64,000 bases of DNA from Octopus bimaculoides. Its lineage: Eukaryota. Location of the stretch: NCBI RefSeq assembly GCF_001194135.2, contig NC_068984.1:41628136-41692135 (forward strand), given 5' to 3'. The translations under genes and the position numbers were made by a program. Position 1 is the first letter of the stretch. Every line of letters starts with the position of its first letter. Of this stretch, positions 60,501-64,000 are shown in pieces. The notes beneath the pieces are model-generated. The model had not been told where the DNA came from. It saw only the letters and a list, made by a program, of their open reading frames with translations, and did not search any database.

Positions 60501-60939
60501 TTAATTATACACCCATTTCCTTGCTTAAGACTACAAAATTAAAGGGCAACTAAGTACTCAATTTTAACAAATTTTCATTCTCTGTATATGTACATTCCAG
60601 CCTCTCAGGCCCCCAGTAAGGATTTGTGTAATGTTAATAATGTTAATAGTCTTTTGAACTCCAAGAAAAATCTCCCCACCCCTCTCTCTCTCACACACAC
60701 AAGCTTTTATAGGGATGTTAGCTCTATTAAAACATAGTTTAAAAATAAATGTTCTATGATCAATCCTTGCTTAAAGTTGCCTGTATTTTATTTTTGATCT
60801 CCTTTGCAGCTACAAAACATATATTGTGGAAATCAGTTACCACCAGTATTTTATTCATTAGGAAATTCTGTTGAAATCAGCTACAGATCTCTTTCACTAT
60901 CAGAAACACCAAAATTTGAATTGTCCTTCGAACTTTCAG
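1037..60939 (+). CDS. CUBN: Cubilin-like gene, partial (21 internal exons, 11 CUB domains, approx. CUB15-CUB25)
   Basis: 21 exons with AG/GT ends whose phases chain without a break (3762 nt, phase 1 at both ends). Colinear matches to recalled human cubilin: KYSIAKCGG vs KYSIAQCGG, EIKSSQNTMKIMF vs EIKSSGNTMKVIF, GIEQGCGG vs GPQQGCGG, YEKNLNCDWII vs YDKNLNCVWII, CGGRYNGTTESQNIS vs CGGTYNATWTPQNIS, PPVFYS vs VPVFYS. Domain numbering is inferred. Confidence 0.88.
1311..1588. repeat. Long inverted repeat or MITE-like hairpin
   Basis: Arms 1311-1437 and 1462-1588 (127 bp, 5 mismatches), 24-nt loop. Confidence 0.92.
3500..4090 (-). mobile_element. RTE LINE fragment (AP endonuclease)
   Basis: ORF 3710-4087: GGVDIF...STYAPQ...AGDFNG; continues as EECxPQHRLLA. 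Confidence 0.88.
4140..4567 (+). mobile_element. RTE 3' UTR copy (5'-truncated) with (GAT)n tail
   Basis: Same 3' sequence as the RTE copies at 9663 (-) and 42500-42882 (+); GGTGGCACGTAAAA subrepeats; ends ggacgttaaacgatgatgat. Confidence 0.8.
4739..5082 (+). CDS. CUBN: CUBN window exon 2 (CUB15 C-half plus CUB16 N-half)
   Basis: ttgcag|CTA TTA AAT GGT ... CAT GG|gtaagt; LLNGRLSNSP...KYCG...DCGGHRY...SPNYPKNYP...CEWII; phase 0 to 2. Confidence 0.93.
5662..5772. repeat. (GA)n microsatellite
   Basis: Direct inspection. Confidence 0.95.
6010..7420 (-). mobile_element. Degenerate RTE LINE RT fragment
   Basis: Nucleotide similarity to 10300-11300 (GDALxxxNYRGIKL region, acatggcttgcatggctctc); heavily mutated. 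Confidence 0.7.
7590..7771 (+). CDS. CUBN: CUBN window exon 3 (CUB16 C-half)
   Basis: tttcag|A TAT GGA TGC ... TCA ATA G|gtatat; YGCSEFIEFYDGG...LCG...GFKLKYSI; phase 2 to 1. Confidence 0.9.
7862..8253 (+). mobile_element. tRNA-derived SINE with perfect 13-bp TSD
   Basis: A box TGGCCCAGTGG, B box GGTTTCGATTCC, (AAC)n tail; attttatttgtaa at 7849-7861 and 8254-8266. Confidence 0.88.
9304..9510 (+). CDS. CUBN: CUBN window exon 4 (CUB17 N-half)
   Basis: ttttag|CA AAG TGT GGT GGT ... GAA G|gtaagt; AKCGGTF...SENYPQNYENNVNCEW...NCSADYL; phase 1 to 1. Confidence 0.93.
9663..11870 (-). mobile_element. RTE LINE, 5'-truncated (RT plus 3' UTR and tail)
   Basis: QFGFVPGRSTTDAIF, FVDLEKAFD, MLHGSEIW; (CAT)n tail at 9663; ends near the N gap. 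Confidence 0.92.
11903..12302. other. Assembly gap (400 N)
   Basis: Run of N. Confidence 0.99.
12305..12636. mobile_element. MITE-like nested inverted repeat
   Basis: Diverged outer arms of about 120 bp (atataattgccaaccaag...cttggttggcaattatat) plus an inner 19-bp hairpin ctagccttacgtgatacac/gtgtatcacataaggctag; TA at both ends. Confidence 0.8.
13189..13329 (+). CDS. CUBN: CUBN window exon 5 (CUB17 C-half)
   Basis: ttttag|AA AGG ... CAT A|gtaagt; RTLFRSCG...FKTDSDQTDQGFSLRY; phase 1 to 1. Confidence 0.9.
13713..14868. mobile_element. TIR DNA transposon with TA target duplication (Tc1/mariner-superfamily-like, decayed)
   Basis: TA|CTATAAAAACCCATGTAATTT ... AAATTACATGGGTTTTTACAG|TA (21-bp TIR, 1 mismatch); no intact ORF. 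Confidence 0.75.
15717..15889 (+). CDS. CUBN: CUBN window exon 6 (CUB18 N-half)
   Basis: taatag|CA TGT GGT ... GTG AAA|gtaaat; CGDTLTQSQATITSPGYP...CIWKI...NCRNAYVK; phase 1 to 0. Confidence 0.9.
16294..16626. mobile_element. hAT (Charlie-like) MITE
   Basis: TIRs CAGTGGTTCCCAAA / TTTGGGAATCACTG; 8-bp flanks atttagag / attgagag (1 mismatch). Confidence 0.82.
17662..17821 (+). CDS. CUBN: CUBN window exon 7 (CUB18 C-half)
   Basis: ttccag|GTT TAC ... AGA T|gtaagt; VYQTLS...FCNERVQEIKSSQNTMKIMF...FKAYY; phase 0 to 1. Confidence 0.9.
17981..18321 (+). mobile_element. RTE 3' UTR copy
   Basis: Homologous to 4140-4567. Confidence 0.8.
19298..19489 (+). CDS. CUBN: CUBN window exon 8 (CUB19 N-half)
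   Basis: aaatag|TA TGT GGT GGT ... GAA G|gtaaaa; CGGLLTSDSGSVISP...CTWLL...HCNENYFNVIE; phase 1 to 1. Confidence 0.9.
20185..24690 (+). mobile_element. Near-full-length decayed CR1/Jockey-group LINE (ORF1, APE, RT)
   Basis: ORF1 with two PKIC...C...CNFTHLPGT motifs; APE LTETHL, GGVAIF, YRPP, SDHN; RT QHGF, YLDSSKAFDKVDH, IFADD; tail ctaagtttaagt; 5' boundary approximate. Confidence 0.88.
25558..25809 (-). mobile_element. Possible solo LTR
   Basis: Minus strand TGTGATG...CATTACA with an internal TATAAATA; no TSD found. Confidence 0.4.
25897..26115 (-). mobile_element. Mariner transposase fragment
   Basis: Minus-strand translation DNASTH...DCGFEVVDHPPYSPDLAPSDYNLFSNMKK. Confidence 0.8.
26200..26560 (-). 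mobile_element. Possible Penelope-like element ORF fragment
   Basis: KVEKMIEQMS*KAQFFE...FKPCKYLTQIKDLENF resembles a recalled PLE N-terminal motif (KVExxIKRMRWKAxFF...FKS.K.P..IKEL..FE). Confidence 0.5.
27203..27352 (+). CDS. CUBN: CUBN window exon 9 (CUB19 C-half)
   Basis: tttcag|GA AAT GAT ... AAA G|gtattt; GNDKTGDLIGKFC...SSSHSLFLQYVT; phase 1 to 1; missed by the ORF track. Confidence 0.87.
27790..29170 (+). mobile_element. Degenerate RTE LINE RT fragment
   Basis: LEKAFD, VHEGPVLSSLL, WELQYADDLVL, GRPRKIW. Confidence 0.87.
30345..30556. mobile_element. Tc1/mariner MITE with internal 85-bp tandem duplication
   Basis: TA|CAGGGTGTCCACAAGGTCTGGGTACATGG ... CCATGTACCCAGACTTTGTGGACACCATG|TA; repeat units 30364-30448 and 30449-30533. 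Confidence 0.85.
30664..30785 (+). CDS. CUBN: CUBN window exon 10 (CUB20 N-part)
   Basis: tttcag|AA TGT GGC GGC ... ATT AAT|gtaagt; CGGILTNGIGMISSPNYPSSYPANISCMWKI; phase 1 to 0. Confidence 0.92.
31438..31790 (+). mobile_element. Restriction-like-endonuclease (R2/R4/NeSL-group) LINE 3' fragment
   Basis: RPDIVI...VVEISCP...K...Y..L...FIPVIIGA. Confidence 0.72.
31897..32123 (+). mobile_element. SINE, family carrying a GCCTTTCATCCTTTCGGGGTCGAT core
   Basis: B-box-like GAGTTCAAATTCC followed by the core; CpG-rich, so probably young. Confidence 0.8.
32507..32732 (+). CDS. CUBN: CUBN window exon 11 (CUB20 C-part)
   Basis: ttacag|CTA ACT ... GAT G|gtaagc; IEDSTNCTKDYIDILNG...ICG...FKSDSFTSGVGFQIRY; phase 0 to 1. 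Confidence 0.93.
32850..33350 (+). mobile_element. RTE LINE C-terminal fragment
   Basis: WKKFWELLLLLTTK...VKGRVYDA..., GRPRKTWSEVVK. Confidence 0.8.
33570..33735. repeat. Compound (TA)n-(TCTA)n-(CA)n microsatellite
   Basis: Direct inspection. Confidence 0.93.
34627..34811 (+). CDS. CUBN: CUBN window exon 12 (CUB21 N-half)
   Basis: tgaaag|GT TGT GGT GGA ... GTG AAG|gtaatg; [29 protein letters not shown]...GCVNDYVK; phase 1 to 0. Confidence 0.93.
36150..36306 (+). CDS. CUBN: CUBN window exon 13 (CUB21 C-half)
   Basis: tttcag|TTG GAA ... GCT G|gtgagt; LEIPN...KYCS...FRSNSDISGNGFLARW; phase 0 to 1. Confidence 0.9.
36390..36584 (-). mobile_element. SINE, same family as 31897
   Basis: ggatgaaaggcaaagttgacctcagcagaatttgaactcag is the reverse complement of the core. 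Confidence 0.75.
37041..37138. repeat. 17-bp minisatellite (AAGATACCTCTCCACAT), 5 full copies plus a partial
   Basis: Head-to-tail copies, nearly identical, no spacers. Confidence 0.92.
37300..37700 (+). mobile_element. RTE-like RT fragment of a different subfamily
   Basis: DNADGLA, EQAHMLL, LNPKKT, DGCYTRML remnants. Confidence 0.55.
37732..38134 (+). mobile_element. tRNA-derived SINE (family with internal TA/TG tract)
   Basis: A box TGGCTGTGTGG, B box GGTTCAGTCCC; its 3' half matches window positions 1-157. Confidence 0.82.
38368..38584 (-). mobile_element. SINE, same family as 31897
   Basis: Reverse-complement core and head. Confidence 0.8.
38682..38834 (+). CDS. CUBN: CUBN window exon 14 (CUB22 N-half)
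   Basis: ttacag|AA TGT GGT AGT ... GGA G|gtatca; CGSYYTEQTGVISSPGFPLSYENNQNCFY; phase 1 to 1. Confidence 0.9.
39218..40114 (+). mobile_element. Internally deleted mariner transposon
   Basis: TIR TTGGGTCATCCCATAAATAATGCA (24 bp perfect) at both ends; transposase HTH region (ORF 39360-39773) and, after a frame break, QDNAQPH...HPPYSLDNVPSDYHLF; WVPHEL and first catalytic D region missing. Confidence 0.92.
41200..41420 (-). mobile_element. RTE/BovB-like C-terminal fragment
   Basis: YYGHIQR...LENIIREGRVEGNRSRGRQRMQWMD. Confidence 0.7.
41690..42882 (+). mobile_element. RTE LINE fragment with 3' UTR and tail
   Basis: QGSVLSPLLFII, GRGKPRKTWNEVV, 3' UTR and gatgacgatgat tail. Confidence 0.85.
43501..43674 (+). 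CDS. CUBN: CUBN window exon 15 (CUB22 C-half)
   Basis: ttccag|AT TGC ... TAT G|gtaagc; DCRADYLQI...YCG...FKTDDSKTSIGFEISY; phase 1 to 1. Confidence 0.92.
44342..48476 (+). mobile_element. Decayed Ty3/Gypsy LTR retrotransposon
   Basis: Diverged LTRs about 44342-44637 and 48169-48476; gag knuckles CFEYQRPHMARDC and CCRCMQTGHIT*NC; protease LVDTGCT; RT RPVLDF, DLKSAY, YTADILV; RNase H CDAS, AELDA, NKADILTR; integrase HHMGMNRT, VDVTH, GNGI; order PR-RT-RH-IN; many stops. Confidence 0.9.
48735..48861 (+). CDS. CUBN: CUBN window exon 16 (CUB23 N-part)
   Basis: ttccag|AT TGT GGT GGA ... CTA AA|gtaagt; DCGGVLTTPTGKI...NCSWEITV; phase 1 to 2. Confidence 0.9.
49200..49575 (+). mobile_element. RLE-type (HERO/R4-like) LINE 3' end with (AAT)n tail
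   Basis: EEKQSKYNPLRFEIGRI...VKVVPIII..LG...LLQK...TTRIIRKVLS*. Confidence 0.72.
50405..50608 (-). mobile_element. SINE, same family as 31897
   Basis: Reverse-complement core. Confidence 0.72.
50608..50737. repeat. Compound (AAT)n-(GAC/GAT)n microsatellite
   Basis: Direct inspection. Confidence 0.95.
50755..51308 (+). repeat. Interspersed repeat with (AAT)n tail, probably a LINE 3' UTR
   Basis: GC-richer non-coding block ending in aataataataat; family unassigned. Confidence 0.4.
51305..51492 (-). mobile_element. SINE, same family as 31897 (internally deleted)
   Basis: cccagtgctcaactggtatt...aaggacaaaagcaaagctgacc. Confidence 0.65.
51622..51824 (+). CDS. CUBN: CUBN window exon 17 (CUB23 C-part)
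   Basis: tcatag|G CTC AAC ... TTT G|gtgagt; SCYYTYILILDG...GKYCG...SRSNKM...GFEATY; phase 2 to 1. Confidence 0.92.
52160..53125 (-). mobile_element. RTE LINE RT fragment
   Basis: QFGFVPGKSTTDSIF...FVDLEKAFDKVP. Confidence 0.88.
53745..53960 (+). mobile_element. SINE, same family as 31897
   Basis: gagttcaaattcc...tttgcctttcatcctttcc...agtaccagt. Confidence 0.78.
54029..54228 (+). CDS. CUBN: CUBN window exon 18 (CUB24 N-half)
   Basis: tgacag|GA ATC GAA ... CTG AAA|gtaagt; GIEQGCGG...YEKNLNCDWII...NCEADYLK; phase 1 to 0. Confidence 0.93.
56052..56585 (+). mobile_element. Hammerhead-bearing 477-nt unit with 57-bp terminal direct repeat (retrozyme or Penelope-terminus-like)
   Basis: 56052-56108 identical to 56529-56585; hammerhead between them; several CpGs retained. 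Confidence 0.55.
56205..56259 (+). ncRNA. Minimal type I hammerhead ribozyme fold (U4C core variant)
   Basis: Stem I CCACA/TGTGG, core CCGATGA (canonical CTGANGA), stem II GGCT/AGCC, GAAA, stem III ACC-T-GGT, triplet GUU; predicted cut between 56254 and 56255. Confidence 0.7.
56653..57690 (-). mobile_element. RTE LINE 3' part with UTR; short + strand tail fragment abuts it at 56594-56640
   Basis: MLHGSETWAVTAED...; (CAT)n tail at 56653. Confidence 0.85.
58382..58529 (+). CDS. CUBN: CUBN window exon 19 (CUB24 C-half)
   Basis: gttaag|GTA TTT ... ACA A|gtaagt; VFNHLESKKLCGSTIP...FKTDDETERSGFKMTY; phase 0 to 1; missed by the ORF track. Confidence 0.88.
59040..59830 (+). mobile_element. Old Jockey/Ingi-like LINE 3' fragment interrupted by the duplicated exon
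   Basis: FSPYQLQILYKPQVSP*PKYSHI before the insert and LANCILPPFRP after it resemble a recalled LINE C-terminal consensus; boundaries approximate. Confidence 0.55.
59375..59583 (+). pseudogene. Duplicated pseudo-exon: copy of 60702-60935 (intron end plus exon 21)
   Basis: Near-identical to 60702-60935 including the ttgcag acceptor, with a 26-nt intronic deletion, a +1 frameshift at the exon start and no GT donor. Confidence 0.85.
59994..60205 (+). CDS. CUBN: CUBN window exon 20 (CUB25 N-half)
   Basis: tttcag|TT GAG TGT GGA GGA ... AAT ATG|gtatga; ECGGRYNGTTESQNISGP...CRWIL...NCLEDYI; phase 1 to 0. Confidence 0.9.
60810..60939 (+). CDS. CUBN: CUBN window exon 21 (CUB25 C-half)
   Basis: ttgcag|CTA CAA ... 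TCA G|gtaaaa; LQNIYCGNQLPPVFYSLGNS...FELSF; phase 0 to 1. Confidence 0.88.
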
Positions 60940-61825
60940 GTAAAATGATACAGTTGGTTTTAAAGATATTTAATTTTCATAGGAGAATATTGTAGTTTGC
61001 TTGAAGCATTGTGTATTTTTTGTAAAATATAATGTCTTGAATGGTACAACACTGCACTATAATAACAACAATAGACTATAATAACTGTTATAATTCAATT
61101 ATCCATAGTTTGATATAATAATAGTATTTTGGAATACAAAAATTCTTTCTTCAGATATCGCTAGGAATTGTTCGAGTCACTGCTACAATCGGTTTTCCAA
61201 CGGTTACTGCAATTTTTTTTTCTAGAAGCATCTCTGCAGTGGTCTCACAAAGCTCCTTCTGGAATCCCTCATGAGAAGTGCATGAGCATCCATGTCTCAG
61301 GCTCGTATGTTTTGGCACATCCATAGTGCTGCTTCTAAGTTATGTATTATACTTGCAGTTTCTATTTTTTTTTCCCCTCTTTCTTTTTTTTAAAATAGGA
61401 CATGAGCATGTTATCAAAAATGAACCTACACACATCCAGATATAGCTAAATAGTATATTGATTGCCAACCTCCATTCTATTGTTAATTTGGGGCCCTAGT
61501 CTGTCTATGAGGATAGCTTCCTTTATTCTTAGATTACCCAAATTTCTTTCATTGGCCTTAATTGTGACTGTTATGCATAGACAGACAAGGGTCCCAAATT
61601 AACAATAGGCTAGAGGCTGGCAATCAATATATTATTTAGCTACATCTGGATGTGTGTAGGTTCATTTTTGATAACATGCACATGTATTATTTAAAAAAAA
61701 AAGAAAGAGGGGAAAAAAAAAGATACTGTACATATAATACAACTTATAAGCGGATGTGCCAAAACATACGAGCTTGAGACATGGTCGCTCACACACTTCT
61801 CATGAGGAATTCTGGAAAGAGCTTC

Positions 61826-62376
61826 TGTGCCTGTGGCATGTAAGTAGCACCATTTGAGCATGATTGTTACCAGCATCCCCTTACTGGCACTTGTGCTGGT
61901 GGCACGGGGAAAAACATTCAAGTGAGGTCATTGCCAGTGCCGCTGGACTGGCTCCTGTGCAGGTGGCACGTAAAAAACACCATTTGAGCATGGCCATTGT
62001 CAGTACCGCCTGACTGGCCCTCATGCTGGTGGTATGTAAAAACACCCACTACACTCTTGGAGTGGTTGGCGTAGGAAGGGCATCCAGCTGTAGAAACTCN
62101 NNNNNNNNNNNNNNNNNNNNNNNNNNNNNNNNNNNNNNNNNNNNNNNNNNNNNNNNNNNNNNNNNNNNNNNNNNNNNNNNNNNNNNNNNNNNNNNNNNNN
62201 NNNNNNNNNNNNNNNNNNNNNNNNNNNNNNNNNNNNNNNNNNNNNNNNNNNNNNNNNNNNNNNNNNNNNNNNNNNNNNNNNNNNNNNNNNNNNNNNNNNN
62301 NNNNNNNNNNNNNNNNNNNNNNNNNNNNNNNNNNNATGGAAAGTGGACGTTAAACAATGATGATGATGATGATGAT
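61826..62376 (+). mobile_element. RTE 3' UTR copy spanning the N gap, inserted in the foldback right arm
   Basis: Homologous to 4140-4567; (GAT)n tail. Confidence 0.78.
62100..62335. other. Assembly gap (236 N)
   Basis: Run of N inside an RTE 3' UTR copy. Confidence 0.99.
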
Positions 62377-62940
62377 ATCAAACTATAGATAATTAAATTA
62401 TAACAGTTATTATAGTCTATTGTTGTTATTATAGTGCATTGTTGTACCATTCAAGACACATATTTTAATTTTCATAGTTTTTCCATCAAATCTTTGCATG
62501 TTTTACTTATTATATCATTCCATATATCTAAAGGTGCAAATATATATATAAAAAGATTGTACATTTTATTGTAAGATTGTGCATATGTACTGACATAGCT
62601 GTGAGGTTATGCAACCATATATTTCCAAGTGCAATCTCACTGCATTGCACCTTAAGAAAGTGTCTTCCATTGAAGTCTTGGTTTGATCAATACCTTGTGG
62701 AATCTCATGAATGGAAACTGTTCAGAGGCCCATCATCTATATTTGTGTTTTATAACAATATGTTTAAATGCATAAATATGTCTATATATGAATAACTGTA
62801 GCCACTGAGTCACAAGCATATAGACTTACCCATTACTGTTTAATATTGTCAATTATCATATTGAAATATTTTTGTTTGTGACTAACAGCTGCTGCTGATT
62901 ATGAATAAGAATTAGCTATAATGTAAATGGTTAAGCTCTG

Positions 62941-62993
<53 letters not shown>

Positions 62994-63131
62994 TATTAAG
63001 AAATTCACTGTACATGTGGTTCTCTAATTTCAATCTCACTGCATGTGACCTTGGTCAAGTGTCCTCTGCTATCGTGAGTTTCAGGTTGAGTAATATTTTG
63101 TGAAAATTTAGTGGATTGAAACTGTGTGGAA

Positions 63132-63166
<35 letters not shown>

Positions 63167-64000
63167 TCTCTCTCCTGTTCTCCTCCCTTCTCTCTCCTCT
63201 TCACTTTCACAGTGTGTGCATGTGTTCATTGGTGTAAAAACTATTGTGTCAATAAAAGTTATATATAAGCCATTCAATAACTAGACATCAATAAAATAAG
63301 TACCTTACTGAAATAAATATAGGTATTGACTTGATTGACTAAAATTGTTCAAGGTAGTATCCCAGCATGAGTTCAGTCCAGTGGAGGAAACTAGTAAAAG
63401 TAGAATTGGTGCAACATGTCCCATCTGTCACATTTCATCCCATATAATGTGATACTATAGACTAGCAATGAAGGATATGTACACATGCCCTTTGTACTAG
63501 ATTAATGAGCTGCTTCGAAATATTTCATTTGTACCATAGAACTGTTGAAAGGGCTAGATAAAGTAATTATATGTTTTTGCTCTACCAGGCTGTTTATCTG
63601 TAATATCCATCAGTATTAAATATCTAACCCCCCCCCCCCCAACGGTAGAGGAGTAGGGGCCGAAACCGGACGTGGTTCCTCCTCATGATGTCTTGAGCTA
63701 ACTGGATCCTATAAAGGAGCTGTTGTGGTAGCAGACCACGAAACATGGTTGAAATTCCTCCTATCTACCTTATTTTGGGGCTAGAATTGGAAATGTAAAA
63801 AATTAACAAAGCTCTCTAGTATTATTTATGACTATATAATATTGCTTTCTTAGATTGGGTACAAAGCCAGTTTTGTTGGGTAGTGGTATAGTTAAGGGAA
63901 TCTACACAGCATATAATTTGGGGCTTATTTTGTTGATTCTCCATGAGGATGGATTCAAAGAATTTAAAATTAGGAAAATAATATGTAATGCATTAAGTCC

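Larger units (their letters stand above)
61033..62458. mobile_element. Foldback-like element with long inverted arms
   Basis: Outer arms 61033-61116 / 62375-62458 (84 bp, 3 mismatches); inner arms about 61246-61509 / 61576-61829. Confidence 0.8.

Noticed and set aside
60940-64000. Next cubilin exon (CUB26) or a terminal exon
   Set aside because: No phase-1 acceptor followed by a CUB-like frame was found; it probably lies beyond the window.

Overview
AT-rich, microsatellite- and transposon-dense animal genomic DNA with two N gaps; the repeat families look like Octopus (inference from recalled repeats, not a database match). One gene spans the window on the + strand: 21 internal coding exons (1037..60939) whose GT-AG phases chain into an open frame of 3762 nt (1254 codons) encoding 11 tandem CUB domains. 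These match human cubilin CUB15-CUB25 in order (human sequence recalled from memory); start, stop and CUB26-27 are not visible. Introns hold many RTE LINE copies in both orientations, a near-full-length CR1/Jockey-group LINE, a decayed Ty3/Gypsy element, mariner/Tc1/hAT elements, MITE and foldback hairpins, tRNA-derived SINEs, and RLE-LINE and Penelope-like fragments. The best candidate for something undescribed is a minimal type I hammerhead ribozyme fold (56205-56259, one core substitution) in a 477-nt unit bounded by a perfect 57-bp direct repeat, resembling a retrozyme or Penelope terminus. Also notable: a frameshifted copy of a downstream cubilin exon inserted into an old LINE, long intronic hairpins, and unusually basic CUB15/16 domains lacking Ca-site residues.
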